Shown: positions 11,601-24,545 of the stretch, in pieces
Layout: each line of letters starts with the position of its first letter
How positions within the stretch are numbered: position 1 is the stretch's first letter
DNA from: Tubiluchus corallicola
Taxonomy: Eukaryota > Animalia > Priapulida
Length of the DNA stretch: 64,000 nucleotides
Direction of reading: 5' to 3'
NCBI GenBank assembly: GCA_030141605.1
Contig: JAQGDQ010000389.1
Location: 143,592 to 207,591 of the forward strand
The notes under the pieces: generated by a model
Told to the model about the DNA's origin: nothing
The model's database searches: none
The model's input: only the letters and a program-made list of their open reading frames with translations
Translations under genes and position numbers: made by a program

Positions 11601-14600
11601 TATGTACATCATGTATGCTGTATAATGTATATCAAATATTGCTATACAATTTTATGTCAACGGTGAGATGACACCTGTTCTAAACTAGTGAGCCTCGGCC
11701 CAAAAAAAGTTGTCTATAAAATGTTTTGTTGTTTGGGTGGACCTCGCCTGGGACACCAGCCCCCCCTCCCCCCGACAGCATTTCTCCTGGGCCCACCGTT
11801 GTTCTGAAACCTGTATCTGCCCCTGTGTGTGCTTTTACCACCTGGGATGTACAGAACTTGATGAAATATCTCGTAGAATCATGGATTAAACATTGCAGAC
11901 TTACCCAACAGAGACTGTAAATGCATGAGTTGTGAATTACATGCATGAGTTGAACCAATACATCACAACCTTGATCCATATTACGGATGCCGACACACCT
12001 AGAGAATAATAAAACTTGTGCTGTTTTCCTAAAGCAATGGCTTTTAAAGAACACAGTCATATAATACGCGAACGTTTCTTGGATTTACAAAACGTTCAGT
12101 TTAACCCTTTCAGTCCCAAATTATTTTTTTAATAAGAAAAACAATTTTGGCTTGGTACTTTTGCTCCCAATGTATCCTGAGGGATACACAACATTCTTTG
12201 TCATGTGCAAAAAAAGTCCGACTTTTTTAAAAACACAACGAAAGCAAAAAATGTACTTCATTTTGCAACTGCTGATAATTTTTTAAAGTATTTAAGACAT
12301 TTAGTATGCACGCTATGCTGATCTGTACAAAGTCATCTCTAAAGTACTGTACCTTGCACAGTTTTTTATGCTATGTAGATTTTCTAGTTTGCCATTTTAT
12401 CACCATTTTTAGTCTATTGTTATTGGCTTAAATCAAAATAACTATTAACAGATCAAATAACTGTCATTTCTAAAATTTTATTAATTTTAAAGGCAGAAAA
12501 TATTCTTGTATCCCACGCGATACAACGGGTATGAAAGGGTTAATTTAATAAAGAAATCTAGTTGAAGTGAATTGAATTAGAATGGTTTTTCAGCCACTCC
12601 TGAGAGCTAAAACCAGATGAAACCCTAGAAAAAAAATTTGGTGTTTGAGTGGTAACACTTTCTTTGATTGTTACGCAATCCAAAAAAATATTTAAAATTT
12701 TTTTTTATTTATTTGTCTTATACAAAAACAATATAGAACAAAGGGTTAACTACAAAGTAGTAATTAACGAGAATTCGTATTTTTAAAAAATAGTTTTGGT
12801 TGTTTTTTGTGTTGTTTCTTTTTATTTTTTCTCGAAAATAATTAGTACGCAGTTCATGGTTGGCTAAAATTGTGCTTTTTTATAGTTTTTTATTTAATAT
12901 TATTACATTTTATGGTTACTATTCTGACGGTGAGAGGTGTTCAAGAGTGAAAATTTTGGTTGATGCGGATTATTAATTTTTTGATATAATTTTTGCAACA
13001 AAACTTACAATTAATGAATGATAAGTGTTGATATTCAGTGAATATGTTTAAAACCCTGGTATCTGGAGTTAGGCAACTTCAAGGTTCAAACATCATGGAA
13101 ACTCGTTCGGTTTTGTTAGCTGCTGATGTGTATCAGAGTGTGAACTGGTGCAGGACATTATACTAGCCAGTGGATAGTAGGTCAAGCGGTAGACTAATGA
13201 TCTTACCTGAACGAACTATAGTAGTGATGCTACTTAGCAGACAATGGCCGTGTGTGAGAGATCAAAGATAATTCTCCTTGCAATTAGTTTGTCAAATTTT
13301 GACAAATGGTCATCAAATTTTGGACAGCGATTGTCAAAATTAGGACAACGATCGTCAAATTTAGGATAACAGCTTTAAATTTTGGGCAATGCTCTTCAAA
13401 TGTTGGACAATAATCATCAAATTTAGGACAATAATCATCAAATTTAAGACAATAATCATCAAATTTAGGACAATAATTATCAAATTTTGGACAACGATTG
13501 TCAAATTTAGGACAATAATTATCAAATTTTGGACAACGATTGTCAAATTTAGGACAATAATTATCAAATTTTGGACAACGATTGTCAAATTTAGGACAAT
13601 AATTATCAAATTTTGGACAACGATTGTCAAATTTAGGACAATAATTATAAAATTTTGGACAACGATTGTCAAATTCTTTTGCAATATTAAACTAAAAATA
13701 ATACTGCAATATTAAATTTCTCCTGAATTTTTAATTTGTGTATACATATTATTACTAGCATTACTAGTATTCTTGCATAACCTCTCAGAAATACAGCGTT
13801 AACGGATGGTTGTGTTTGCAAAAAAATCTGCTAGTCTGCCTGTTTTTAGACTAGCTGACTATCTGCCTGTTTTTGGTACTAGCTGACTATTTGTTTGCTT
13901 GATTACTTTCAGTTTAATGAATGAAGTCGTTCACACATCGCCTACGATTGGCTCTAATGTCGAGGAAATAACATGGAAAAATATTCACTTTCTAATGTGG
14001 GATATTGGCGGACAAGAGTCCATACGAGCCGCCTGGCACACTTATTTTTCAAATACTCAGGTGAGTCCGTACGAGCCGCCTGGCACAGTTATTTTTCAAA
14101 TCCTCAGGTGAGTCCATACGAGCCGCCTGGCACACTTATTTTTCAAATACTCAGGTGAGTCCGTACGAGCCGCCTGGCACAGTTATTTTTCAAATACTCA
14201 GGTGAGTCCATACGAGCCACCTGGCACAGTTATTTTTCAAATACTCAGGTGAGTCCATACGAGCCACCTGGCACACTTATTTTTCAAATACTCAGGTGAG
14301 CCCATACGAGCCGCCTGGCACACTTATTTTTCAAATACTCAGGTGAGCCCATACGAGCCGCCTGGCACACTTATTTTTCAAATACTCAGGTGAGTCCATA
14401 CGAGCCGCCTGGCACACTTATTTTCAAATACTCAGGTGAGTCCATACGAGCCGCCTGGCACACTTATTTTCAAATACTCAGGTGAGTCCATACGAGCCGC
14501 CTGGCTCACTTATTTTTCAAATACTTGGGTGACTCTGTACAAGCCGCCCGGCACACCTGTTAAATGAAAGTACAAGTTATTTAATATGTTTAGTTTATCT

Positions 14601-17600
14601 TACTGTTGTCGCCTAAAACTATAACAAACAAATTTGCAAACAAAAAAACTGAAAATTATTTATGCTACAGCGGGATAGAAATTTTCTGAAGCAGCCGCCA
14701 TTAATTTGAAAATTATGATGTAACCGGTGGCCTTCGTGACTTTTCATAATCGCATCATGGCTTTCCGTAAGCGGTGCTTCTGCAGTTTTACCTGTGTTAT
14801 GTTTGTACAAAAATAACAGAAAAACGGCAGGTTTTGTTTTGCTTCTGACAGAAGTTGACAACATGCTGCTTTTCTTCAGTCAATGAACGACGTCATTGGT
14901 GAAAATGGCCGTTTAAAACATGAGCTTCTAAGCGTGAATGTGGAAATCGCACGCGGCGCTTATCATCCTCATTTACAAATCCTTCCAGGATTTCCCATAA
15001 ACATTGAAATAAGCCAAACTTTTTGTTAAGTAGAATTCAGTGTGAAAGTACATGGCACACTTCCAACTCTAGTAATCTAAATTTAAAGCAAAACTGAACC
15101 AAACGTTAAACTTGATAGATTTCAAAAACGACTTTCGTGAAAGAATAATTACCCGACAAACACAACTTCGCATACATGCTACTAGTTCTTCACTGTTACA
15201 TGCATTCCGTTATTTGCTAGTTAGATGGGCACTAGCGCCTGCATTTCAGAAATGCGTTGTACAAAAAATCATGTGCTGTACGTGTCAGTGCAGATATGTT
15301 AGTTTGTGATGAACTGCACACGTTCAACAGCTCATGCTTGAGCACAGCAGTAAATTTGAAATTTGAATTTTTACTTAAAACTTGCCTAGTTTTAGTACAA
15401 TACACTGAATTATATTTTACAAACACGTGCAGCACGTTCGTGGAATATTTTTGATGATGAAAATTATGTTAGTTTGTCATATCATAAATAGTTGGGATTG
15501 CATGCCATTAATTAAGTTTTTAATCTATTATTTAATTATTTTTAGCTTTTGCTAAACCTGCAATCATCAGAAACACTTTTGCAATATTAATTTGTTAAAA
15601 TGTATACATTTTATCGGACTTGAAAATGGGGCAGTATAAGAGAAATCATCCTGTCTTCCTTTAAGCTTTAGTATGATATATAATTACAAAGAAACCAGTT
15701 TTGCCATTGATTAGATGTCTTTTTGCATGTTGGTTTTAAGTATGGCTTCATGTCTTGTCAACACACGTAAAAACAAAATGGTCAATTTTTATTTTTAAAT
15801 CAAAATTTAATTATTGTTGGCTCCAACCATCATTATGTTAACAGTGAAGAGAAAAGAATTGTAAAGAGAAATCGTAATATTCATCCCAACTTTCCATGTT
15901 AAGTTATATTGCTCATCTGTTGTGTAATTGAAGAAGAAGAAGTTTCGTTGTGTGACATTGATTTATCAAAAGCACGTTATTGATTTTACTGATGAGATAA
16001 AGTAATTTATCCTTTTGCTAAGTTGTGAAGAGAGGACTGCAAATGCACTGATTATTTTTTTATACCTTACCCATAGTTATCCAAATTGCCACAAATGACT
16101 TGTCGTTGAAATTGCGGCGTGTGAGGATCGTCGCGGGAGTTTATGTTTACAAGTTTTATGCAACATTACTGCCGATGCAAGCCCTGTATGCAAAAAGGCA
16201 CTTGTAAGTGGTATAAAGTTGCAAGACTCAACTTCTGTGCACAACGCGACAACCTATAAGTGATAGAAAATTTCCAGACGAATTTTTTAGCGTGATTATG
16301 AAGCGTGTTTTGTGAGTTAATCAGTCTAATTTAATATTGATATCAAAATTGCTAATTAAATTTTACTGTGATTGCAGGTAGTAATTATGGTAGTTGACAG
16401 CACAGATAGGGAACGACTAACGACCGTGCGAGAAGAGTTGTATTCAATACTAGAAAATCAAGTAAGCTGAATACTTATGCAAACAAACCTTAACTAAAGT
16501 CAAATTTATGTGAACAATCCTTAGCCAAAATCAACCTTATGTGAACCAACCTTAACCAAAATCAAATTTTTATGAAAAAACTTAACCAAACTCAAACTAA
16601 TGTAAATGAATTTTGTCCAAAATTAAGCCCATGTGAACAAACTTTCAAACCTTAATCAAAATCAAACTCATGTGAGCAAACAAAAACTAGAATCAAACTT
16701 ATGCGCACAATCCTCAACCAAAATGAAACTTGCGTGAACAAGCCTTAGCCAAAAATCAAACTCATGTGAACAAGCCTTAGTAAAAATCAAACTCATGTGA
16801 ACAAACCTTAAACTTATGACACAAACTTTAGCAAAACTTGAACGTACAACACAAACCTTAGCCAAACTTAAACTTATGACACAAACTTAAATCAAACTCA
16901 TGTGAACAAACCTCAACTAGAATCAAACGTATGCGCACAATCCTCAACCAAAATCAAACTTACGTAAACAAGCCTTAGCCAAAAATCAAACTCATGTGAA
17001 CAAGCCTTAGCCAAAATCAAACTCATGTGATCAAACCTTAAACTTATGTGAACGAACCTTATAAAAACTAAGACTTTTGACACAAACCTTAACCCAACTT
17101 AAACTTATGACACAAAGCTTAGCCAAACTTGAACTTATGACACAAACTTAAATCAAACTCATGTGAACAAATCTTAAACAAACTCAAAACTTGTGTGAAC
17201 AAAGCTTAACAAAAGTCAAACTTCTACATATTGGTCAGGACTTGTGTAACTCACTTCTAGTTGGCCCTTGTATCTTCTTGGAAAGAAACTGTGACAGGAA
17301 ACTATTAAAGTCTAAGAAACGTGGACACGTAACAACCCAATTAACATATTTCTCACTGAATTCATAATTCGTTTTATGCTTAACAGCTTTTGTTGTTTCT
17401 CATGACAGTAAATCTTCTTCATACACCCGCTGCTTAAACTTGTGATTAATTTATATGTGCTGTTTATACTAAGCATAAAATCATGATACTGAATGATGGA
17501 TATTTCCTCTCGAGACTTCCTGACACTTTCAATACTCTGCACTTTATGAAACCTTGAAATGTTTGATACAGGCTGTGATGTGTAAACAGAGAATTGAGCA

Positions 17601-20600
17601 TGTTTCCTTACACTTTTTATGTATCATCATTAAAGGGTTCGAAAACAAACAATGGACTTTCTTTGTCTACAAACTTACAAGAATTTTCATGATATTTTTG
17701 AGTTGGTTTAAAAGCTCGTAAAACATGTATTTTTTGAGCTGGTTTAAAAGTTCATAAAACATGTATTTTTTGAGCTGGTTTAAAGTATTAAAACATGTAT
17801 TTTTTGAGCTGGTTTAAAGTATTAAAACATGTATTTTTTGAGCTGGTTTAAAGTTTTAAAACATGTATTTTTTGAGCTGGTTTAAAGTATTAAAACATGT
17901 ATTTTTTGAGCTGGTTTAAAGTATTAAAACATGTATTTTTTGAGCTGGCTAAAGTTTGTCAAACATGTATTTTTGAGCTGGTTTAAAGTTCGTAAAACAT
18001 GTAGTTTTGAGCTGGTTTAAAGTTCGTAAAACATGTATTTTTTGAGCTGATTTAAAAATTCACAAAACATGTATTTTTTGAACTGATTTAAAAGCTCACT
18101 AAACATGAATTTGTTTATTTGGTTTAAAAGTTCGTAAAACGTACCTTTTGAGCTGGTTTAAAAGTTCATAAAACATATATTTTTTGAGCAGGTTTAAAGT
18201 TCGTAAAACATGTATTTTTTGAGTTGGTTTAAAGTTCGTAAAACATGTATTTTTTGAGCTGGTTTAAAGGTTCGTAAAACATGTCTTAAGACTTGTTATT
18301 ACATTCATATCAGGCGATACGAAAAAAATGTACGAAACTTTTGACGAAGATGTTATAAAGAAAAAATAATGGAATCACTTGAAATTTAGCACAGTGATGC
18401 TGTAGACAGTTATGCATAAACACAAAAGGTCATTCCTATAGATTTTTAAAATCTTAGAACTACAAAGTCAAAAAACAAATGCTGAAAAACAGTTCTACAG
18501 CAAATTTACGGCAAGTGCTCTGTGTGTCCACCATTTTAACTGCAAAAAAAGAAGAAGACGTCTCTTCCAACAGTTGACATACTTTGTTGGTTCTTTAAGG
18601 GGCATTTGGTCCTAGAACTTAATCATTTTTGCCTTTATTACTTTTCTAAACCAAGTGGCTCTGTACGGCCATCATATAATTTTTCTGGGAAAACACAGGA
18701 TTTTTTATAGACTTTATTTTCTTTGGTAAACATCAATATGTAAATTGGTTGATTGATTTATTGTTATTTGCTGTTTTTTAATGGATGATTAGTTGGCATT
18801 GCACCGGCATTTAAATTCTTAACATGCAAAAGCTTTTTGGCCGTTACGGAAAAACTGCTAACAATGTAAAATGTGTGGCCTTTGCTGTCAAAAGTTAATG
18901 TGTCGTAATATCATACTGTGAAATTCAACTTTGCGGAACACTTGCTTTCTAGTATTATTGTAGTCTAAACTTCCGTACTTTTTTCTGTGCCACCCAATAT
19001 ATTTTTGAATATTAGTTAAATTGTACTGTGAAATTCAACTTTGCAGAGCACTTGCTTTCTAGTGTTATTGTAGTCTAAACTTCGGTACTTTTTTTCTGTG
19101 CCACCCAATATATTTTTTAATATTAGTTAAATTGGCCTGTGTTTTTTGTGCTTTGTTTACCAGATAGTATTAACTTAGTAAAAATTCGAATTAGTTAATA
19201 TTCTGGATTAAAATTATGAAAAAATGAATTTTGTTTGCATGACAGGTAAAGCAGTGTTCACATTTGTATGTAGTTTTTGTAATACTTGCCAAACTTAATG
19301 AATTTATGATTCTTTTTTCTCCATTTTTTAGGATTTAGCTAAATCCTGTCTACTCGTTTACGCCAATAAACAAGATATAAAAGGTTCAATGTCGGCGGCC
19401 GAGATTTCCAGGTATCTAAACCTAACGTCCATCAAGGGTCATCCGTGGCACATACAGGGCTGCTGCGCACTCACCGGAGAAGGGTAGGTATTGGGTGAGC
19501 GGAAAAATTGCACATTAGATTGGTTTATAGCTTACATATAGCTTTAGTAATTGTATCTACATCTTTCTGTATGAATGGTGAATGTTCTAAGAAAAAATGG
19601 AAGTTTTATTTAGTTACTATCAAAAACACACAACTATCTACCTTTACAATTTGTAAACTAGAGTAGCTAATTACTAGAGTAATATATATATTCGTATCTC
19701 GTTTTGTCGGACAAAGGCGGGGAGACGTTTGTCGGAATTTGCCGATTGTCCCTATTTACCGATACTAAACTAATACAGTAGGTACCGTGTATTAGACTCA
19801 CGGTAATGTAGAATCAGTTGCCCAATTGTTCCTGGTACGGGCCGTTCCTATGCAAAAGTATATAAAACTGTCTGCAATTGACTCAAATAACTCCGCGTCT
19901 ACTCCTATGCAAAAGTATATAAAACTGTCTGCAATTGACTCAAATAACTCCGCGTCTACTCCTATGCAAAAGTATATAAAACTGTCTGCAATTGACTCAA
20001 ATAACTCCGCGTCTACTCCTATGCAAAAGTATATAAAACTGTCGGCAATTGACTCAAATAACTCCGCGTCTACTCCTATGCAAAAGTATATAAAACTGTC
20101 TGCAATTGACTCAAATAACTCCGCGTCTACTCCTATGCAAAAGTATATAAAACTGTCGGCAATTGACTCAAATAATTCCACGGCTACTCCTATGCAAAAG
20201 TATATAAAACTGTCTGCAATTGACTCGTATAACTCCGCGGCTGCTCCTATGCAAAAGTATATAAAACTGTCGACAATTGACTCGTATAACTCCGCGGCTG
20301 CTCCTATGCAAAAGTATATAAAACTGTCGACAATTGACTCGTATAACTCCGCGGCTGCTCCTATGCAAAAGTATATAAAACTGTCTGCAATTGACTCGTA
20401 TAACTCCGCGGCTACTCCTATGCAAAAGTATATAAAACTGTCGGCAATTGACTCAAATAACTCCGCCTCTACTCCTATGCAAAAGTATATAAAACTGTGG
20501 GCAATTGACTCAAATAACTCCTTATAATTGACTCTAAACCACTTAACACATTTATTAAATCACTTAAACCAAGTGTCATTACACGCTGCTTGGATGTAAA

Positions 20601-21744
20601 CAAAGTGACGGCCAGCCAACTAGCGGTCAGCTTGCGAAACAACGGACTGTGTCCGTAGTATGCGGGACTTTTTAGCGGTCAAAATTTTGTCCGATTCTTC
20701 CGATATGCGTAAAAGCAAGGTCCGGCAAACCGAGATATGAGTGTAATGGTTACAGTTGGCCTTAGATTTAAGGCAGATAGGCATATTTAAACAGAGTACG
20801 AGTAATTAAGTTATCACCAACTGCGAATGTTGTATCTGTAGAACTATCAAATTAGAATTAAATTAAATTAAATATCAAATTAAAATTTGAAACATATTTG
20901 AATATTTTAGATTACACCAAGAGAACGAGTCTTTCTAAGTTTAGATGTGACAGTTATGAATTGCTCATTTCTACTAATAAATTTAAATTTGACGAAGCCG
21001 ATATTAATAGGAAAACGTGTATTTGTGTAACATGCAAGATCAGAGTGGTGAATTTCACTATGTGTTTAGGTGCCTGTACTTCCAACATACCGGGGAAGTG
21101 TATATTAAAGCATATTATTATAGGACGCGTAATACTTTAAAATAAGAACAGCTTTTTGCAACTGCCAACGCAAAGCAATTATATGATTTAGCAAAGCTTG
21201 CTAGTTTTGCTATGATGTCAGAATAAGTCATAAGTCATTTATTTCACATTACACATTTACAATGGTTACATATACAATATCTATTGAAAGGGCCTACAAT
21301 GGACATAATACAAATAAAAAATACTGCACAGGAAAAGCCTCAAACACTGTTCACTTATACACGAAGGTAAATGTGTTGCGGGCAATCAAAAAGCAGGGCT
21401 TGTTAGATTGTTCCACACAGTGATAGAAAAAAAAGTAATGGAGATAATCTGAAAATTTAAAGTGAATCGTGATAAAAAACATTAGTGCTTAAAATGGAAT
21501 GATGTAATGAATGAAGCTCATATATGGGCTGATATAAAAGAATTTAATCAGATTATTGTAATTTATTTTGCACAAGTTTATTTGTTATTTCTACTTGATA
21601 TTTTTGTAAAAAGTGTCTTGCTAGTATTTGCTGGAATGTCTCTTCTGCCGTAAGAGATCTGAATAAACTTTGAACTTATAAACTTTTGCATTTTCCAGGT
21701 TATATAAAGGACTGCAGTGGGTTACGACAAAACTACATCATTGA
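4652..21744 (+). CDS. ARL5: ADP-ribosylation factor-like protein 5 (ARL5A/B family small GTPase), 178 aa, 6 exons
   Basis: Exons 4652-4697, 11263-11323, 13913-14060, 16378-16461, 19332-19483 and 21699-21744 (537 nt, all GT-AG, in phase). Motifs: MG myristoylation start, GLDNAGKT P-loop, [29 protein letters not shown]. Confidence 0.96.
5925..6186 (+). mobile_element. tRNA-derived SINE with (TAT)n tail
   Basis: A-box-like GTCTAGTGGTAA, B-box GTTCGAACC, a conserved core GTCATACCAAAGACTTTAGAAATGGTACC shared with 29483-29700, and an (ATT)n tail. Confidence 0.7.
6513..7053. mobile_element. Kolobok-like MITE (TTAA-flanked, AGG termini)
   Basis: TTAA|AGGACAAGCCAAG...CTTGATCTTTCCT|TTAA; a related end lies at ~52965. 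Confidence 0.55.
8135..8750. repeat. (TA)n/(TACA)n microsatellite clusters
   Basis: Direct inspection: 8135-8232 and 8560-8750. Confidence 0.9.
12105..12539 (+). mobile_element. piggyBac-type MITE, copy 1
   Basis: TTAA|CCCTTTCA...TGAAAGGG|TTAA; homologous copy in opposite orientation at 34826-35284. Confidence 0.85.
13290..13676. repeat. 21-bp minisatellite (alternating variants, 42-bp dimer)
   Basis: AAATTTAGGACAATAATTATC alternates with AAATTTTGGACAACGATTGTC. Confidence 0.9.
14016..14557 (+). repeat. 47-bp tandem repeat of the ARL5 exon-3 3' end plus 5' splice site (~11.5 copies)
   Basis: Unit GAGTCCATACGAGCCGCCTGGCACACTTATTTTTCAAATACTCAG|GT; the first copy is the coding exon end. Confidence 0.95.
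15030..15661 (-). mobile_element. Kolobok-like DNA transposon fragment (family also at ~31351-31970 and ~54420-55000)
   Basis: Terminus ...ATCCTGTCTTCCT|TTAA, the reverse complement of TTAA|AGGAAGACAGGAT at 31351; internal segments are shared among the three copies. Confidence 0.6.
16480..17222. repeat. Degenerate ~30-33-bp minisatellite starting just after the ARL5 exon-4 donor
   Basis: Recurrent AAATCAAACTCATGTGAACAA(A/G)CCTTA(A/G)CC. Confidence 0.8.
17690..18285. repeat. ~35-37-bp minisatellite
   Basis: AAAACATGTATTTTTTGAGCTGGTTTAAAGTTCGT repeated about 16 times. Confidence 0.9.
19690..20745 (-). mobile_element. Family-B MITE with an internal 57-bp x ~12 tandem expansion (19846-20521)
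   Basis: Ends in CCGAGATATGAGTG|TA; the flanks align with 2052-2462; the repeat unit is single-copy in the other family members. Confidence 0.85.
20880..21220 (+). mobile_element. Degenerate non-LTR retrotransposon ORF2 C-terminal fragment
   Basis: Remnant 'RTSLSKFRC...RKTCIC...GEFHY' resembles the C-terminal Cys/His region of LINE ORF2; it is frameshifted. Confidence 0.5.
21225..21510 (-). mobile_element. CR1/L2-like LINE 3' end, copy 2
   Basis: Near-identical to 59247-59527 and 1-280; (GTCATAA)n tail. Confidence 0.65.
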
Positions 21745-22359
21745 TGAACGGCGTTAGTATTGACAGTTCTGACACTTGATTACGGGTGCTATCAACTAAT
21801 GACTAAACATTGCATGAGATGTATATATATATATATATAGCGTTAAGTACTCTGTACTGTATTTGAGTGAGTCACGGAACAGTTTATGAAGTATTTGGAT
21901 CAGGTTGTGGTGCTGGTGTCACCATGGGAAATCGCAAATTGTCGGAGACTACAGTTCGTTTTCGGTTCTGTGAATGTGATCATAGGCAAAAGATGTGAAG
22001 TGAATTCAGCAATGTTTTTGGCCTAGTTGAACGATCTTTGTGGTTTCGTTAGGACACCAGGGGTCGCCTCGGCAAACAGGAGGTGCCCGGAGAGCCCAGG
22101 AAACATTGCGTTTAGTTTTTGCTTTGATGTTCTTCAGTACTTTGATGTTGGGGTTAACGAGGCGCTATATTTGGTGAAACAGTCATGAATATCTGATTGC
22201 AGGTATATTGATGAATTTGATGGGGGAGGAGGTGCCTGGATATTATGTTTGCTCACTCGCAGAGATTTTACACAGATTTTTAAACTTGTTTGGTTGGATT
22301 GCTGAGTTTGTGACATCGCATTGTGTTGCGATTACGACGTTATTGTTATACCTCAGTGT

Positions 22360-22861
22360 CATTGTTCTTACGCGGAAGTAACATGGATGCATTGTGGACT
22401 AGTTTCAGCCATTGTTCTTATGTGGAAGTAATGTGCCTGCATAGTGAACTAGTTTCAGTCATTTTTCTTAAGTAGAGGTAATGTGGATGCATTGTGGATT
22501 AGTTTCAGCCATTGTTCTTATGTGAAGGTAATGTGGATGCATTGTGGATTAGTTTCAGCCATTGTTCTTGTGTGAAGGTAATGTGGATGCATTGTGGATT
22601 AGTTTCAGCCATTGTTCTTAAGTAGAGGAAAAGTAAATGCATTGTGGACAAGTTTCAGCCATTGTTCTTATGTGACGGTAATGTGGATTTGTTGTGGACT
22701 AATTTCAGCCATTGTTCTTACGTGGAGGTAAAGCGGATACGTTGTGGACTAGTTTCAGCCACCGTTCATATGTGGAGGTAAAGCGGATACGTTGTGGACT
22801 AATTTCAGCCATTGTTCTTACATGGAGGTAATGTGGATGAGTTATGGACATGTTTTAGCCA
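22360..22861. repeat. 50-bp minisatellite (~10 copies) downstream of the ARL5 stop
   Basis: CATTGTTCTTATGTGGAGGTAATGTGGATGCATTGTGGACTAGTTTCAGC repeats. Confidence 0.9.
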
Positions 22862-23169
22862 AGTTTTTAATGCCTTTGTTGTACAGTTATTTCTCTACCA
22901 AGGATTGCATTTTTCTGTAATCTGTCATTTATTCTGTGGAAAGCAAAGTCAATGGTTAATGAATGGATGGATCAGAAGTAAACTTTCTCCTCATATCTGT
23001 GCCATTAATGTCGGCTGATTTTTCCTGATTAATACTTATCAGATATTTGTCATTGACACACTTGGTTTATTTTGTTGTTGAATTTATTTTTGTGGCTAAA
23101 TATTGTTCGCTTTCCTTAAATTGTACCTTGTACTTCCAAATTGCATCGGAAAAGCTTTTCTCTAAACAG

Positions 23170-23503
23170 TAGGGGTGAGCATCGAACGTTCGAGTTCGAT
23201 TAGAACGAGTTTTTTTAATTCTAACTCGATTCGAATCCAAAACTATAGATTCGAATAATTCAGCACTTCAATCACATATGTTCCTGATCACTAAAACGAT
23301 TGAAACATCATGCAATTAGAGTGATTTAGCTGTGATTTCTGTGCACAATTTTAAAGAAATTACTAGTCGCTTTATTGCAGAACAAAATCTAGTGACATGC
23401 ATGATCTTTGGTAAGACAAATTTTTACTGTGGTTCGAAAACTAGTTCGAAAATCTTTCAATCTCAATTTGAATTCACTTTCTGGTAGAGAATGCTCACCC
23501 CTA
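23170..23503. mobile_element. hAT-type MITE
   Basis: TIRs TAGGGGTGAGCAT...ATGCTCACCCCTA; flanks CTAAACAG/GTAAACAG (7/8 TSD). Confidence 0.75.
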
Positions 23504-23508
23504 GTAAA

Positions 23509-24545
23509 CAGGGATGCTACAGAAGCGGAATTTCATTTTGGTTTGCCGATAATTGCACTTTTGGTTAAGTTTCAGTTTCAGTGAAATTTATTAAGTTTCT
23601 TAGCCGCAATTTCGGATAATTTTCGGCAACATTTTTTCGAAGTTTTACTGGTATTTATCCAATTTACCTTTTGTCTCCCCGATCTCAAAAACCGCTGAAA
23701 ACATTTGGCTAAATTAGTTCAAATAAAGCGAAAATTTCGTTTACGTAAAAGTTTGTCACCTTTCTTTTTCTGGCAATGTGGCATATCTTCAGTGCTGATG
23801 ACTGTAAAGTTTTAGGGTTTCCAAGCCCAGTCAACAGAAATTTGAAACCACGTTTGAATTTACTTGAGCAAAACTTTTATAATTTATGAAATATAGGCAA
23901 CAAAATGTCTATAAAATGAAATTTTTATTTTTAACGAATCATTATGATCTTTAAATGTTAATCATTAAAGATAGCTAAATCCATAATAATTATATCACAT
24001 TTTCTAAGGTAAGCCATTAAAGATAGCTAAATCCATAATAATTATAACACATTTTCTAAGGTAAGCCATTAAAGATAGCTAAATCCATAATAATTATAAC
24101 ACATTTTCCAAGGTAAGCCATTAAAGATAGCTAAATCCATAATAATTATAACACATTTTCTCAGGTAAGCCATTAAAGATAGCTAAATCCATAATAATTA
24201 TAACACATTTTCTAAGGTAAGCCATTAAAGATAGCTAAATCCATAATAATTATAACATATTTTCTAAGGTAAGAAGCCACTTTATCAAACTTGAGATTCT
24301 ATGTTGTAAAACTACTGTGTCATTTTTTGTGTTAGAGTTTTTTATCAGTCATTTTGCATCACAGCAATTAAAAGCAAACAAACAAAAAACAAAATATTTT
24401 ACGTATTTTAATTTTTTTTAGTTTTAATAGTAGTTGGTTTTCCAAAAATGTTTCTGTTCGGTTTTCATTTAGGTATCGCTTTCCTAAGTTTCACAAATAC
24501 CGGTTTGTGTTTCGGTTTGTAAATTCAGTTTCTGTAAGACTCCTG
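23509..24545. mobile_element. hAT-like element containing a 52-bp x ~6 tandem repeat (23964-24273)
   Basis: Imperfect TIRs CAGGGATGCTACAGAA...TTCTGTAAGACTCCTG; internal unit CATTAAAGATAGCTAAATCCATAATAATTATAACACATTTTCTAAGGTAAGC. Confidence 0.55.

Noticed and set aside
18914-19135. Two-copy ~109-bp duplication (similar ~93-bp pair at 44676-44846)
   Set aside because: Simple local duplications with no functional signal; at most early stages of the general tandem-expansion tendency.
19798-20527. 233-aa and 127-aa repeat ORFs
   Set aside because: Products of the 57-bp array inside a MITE.
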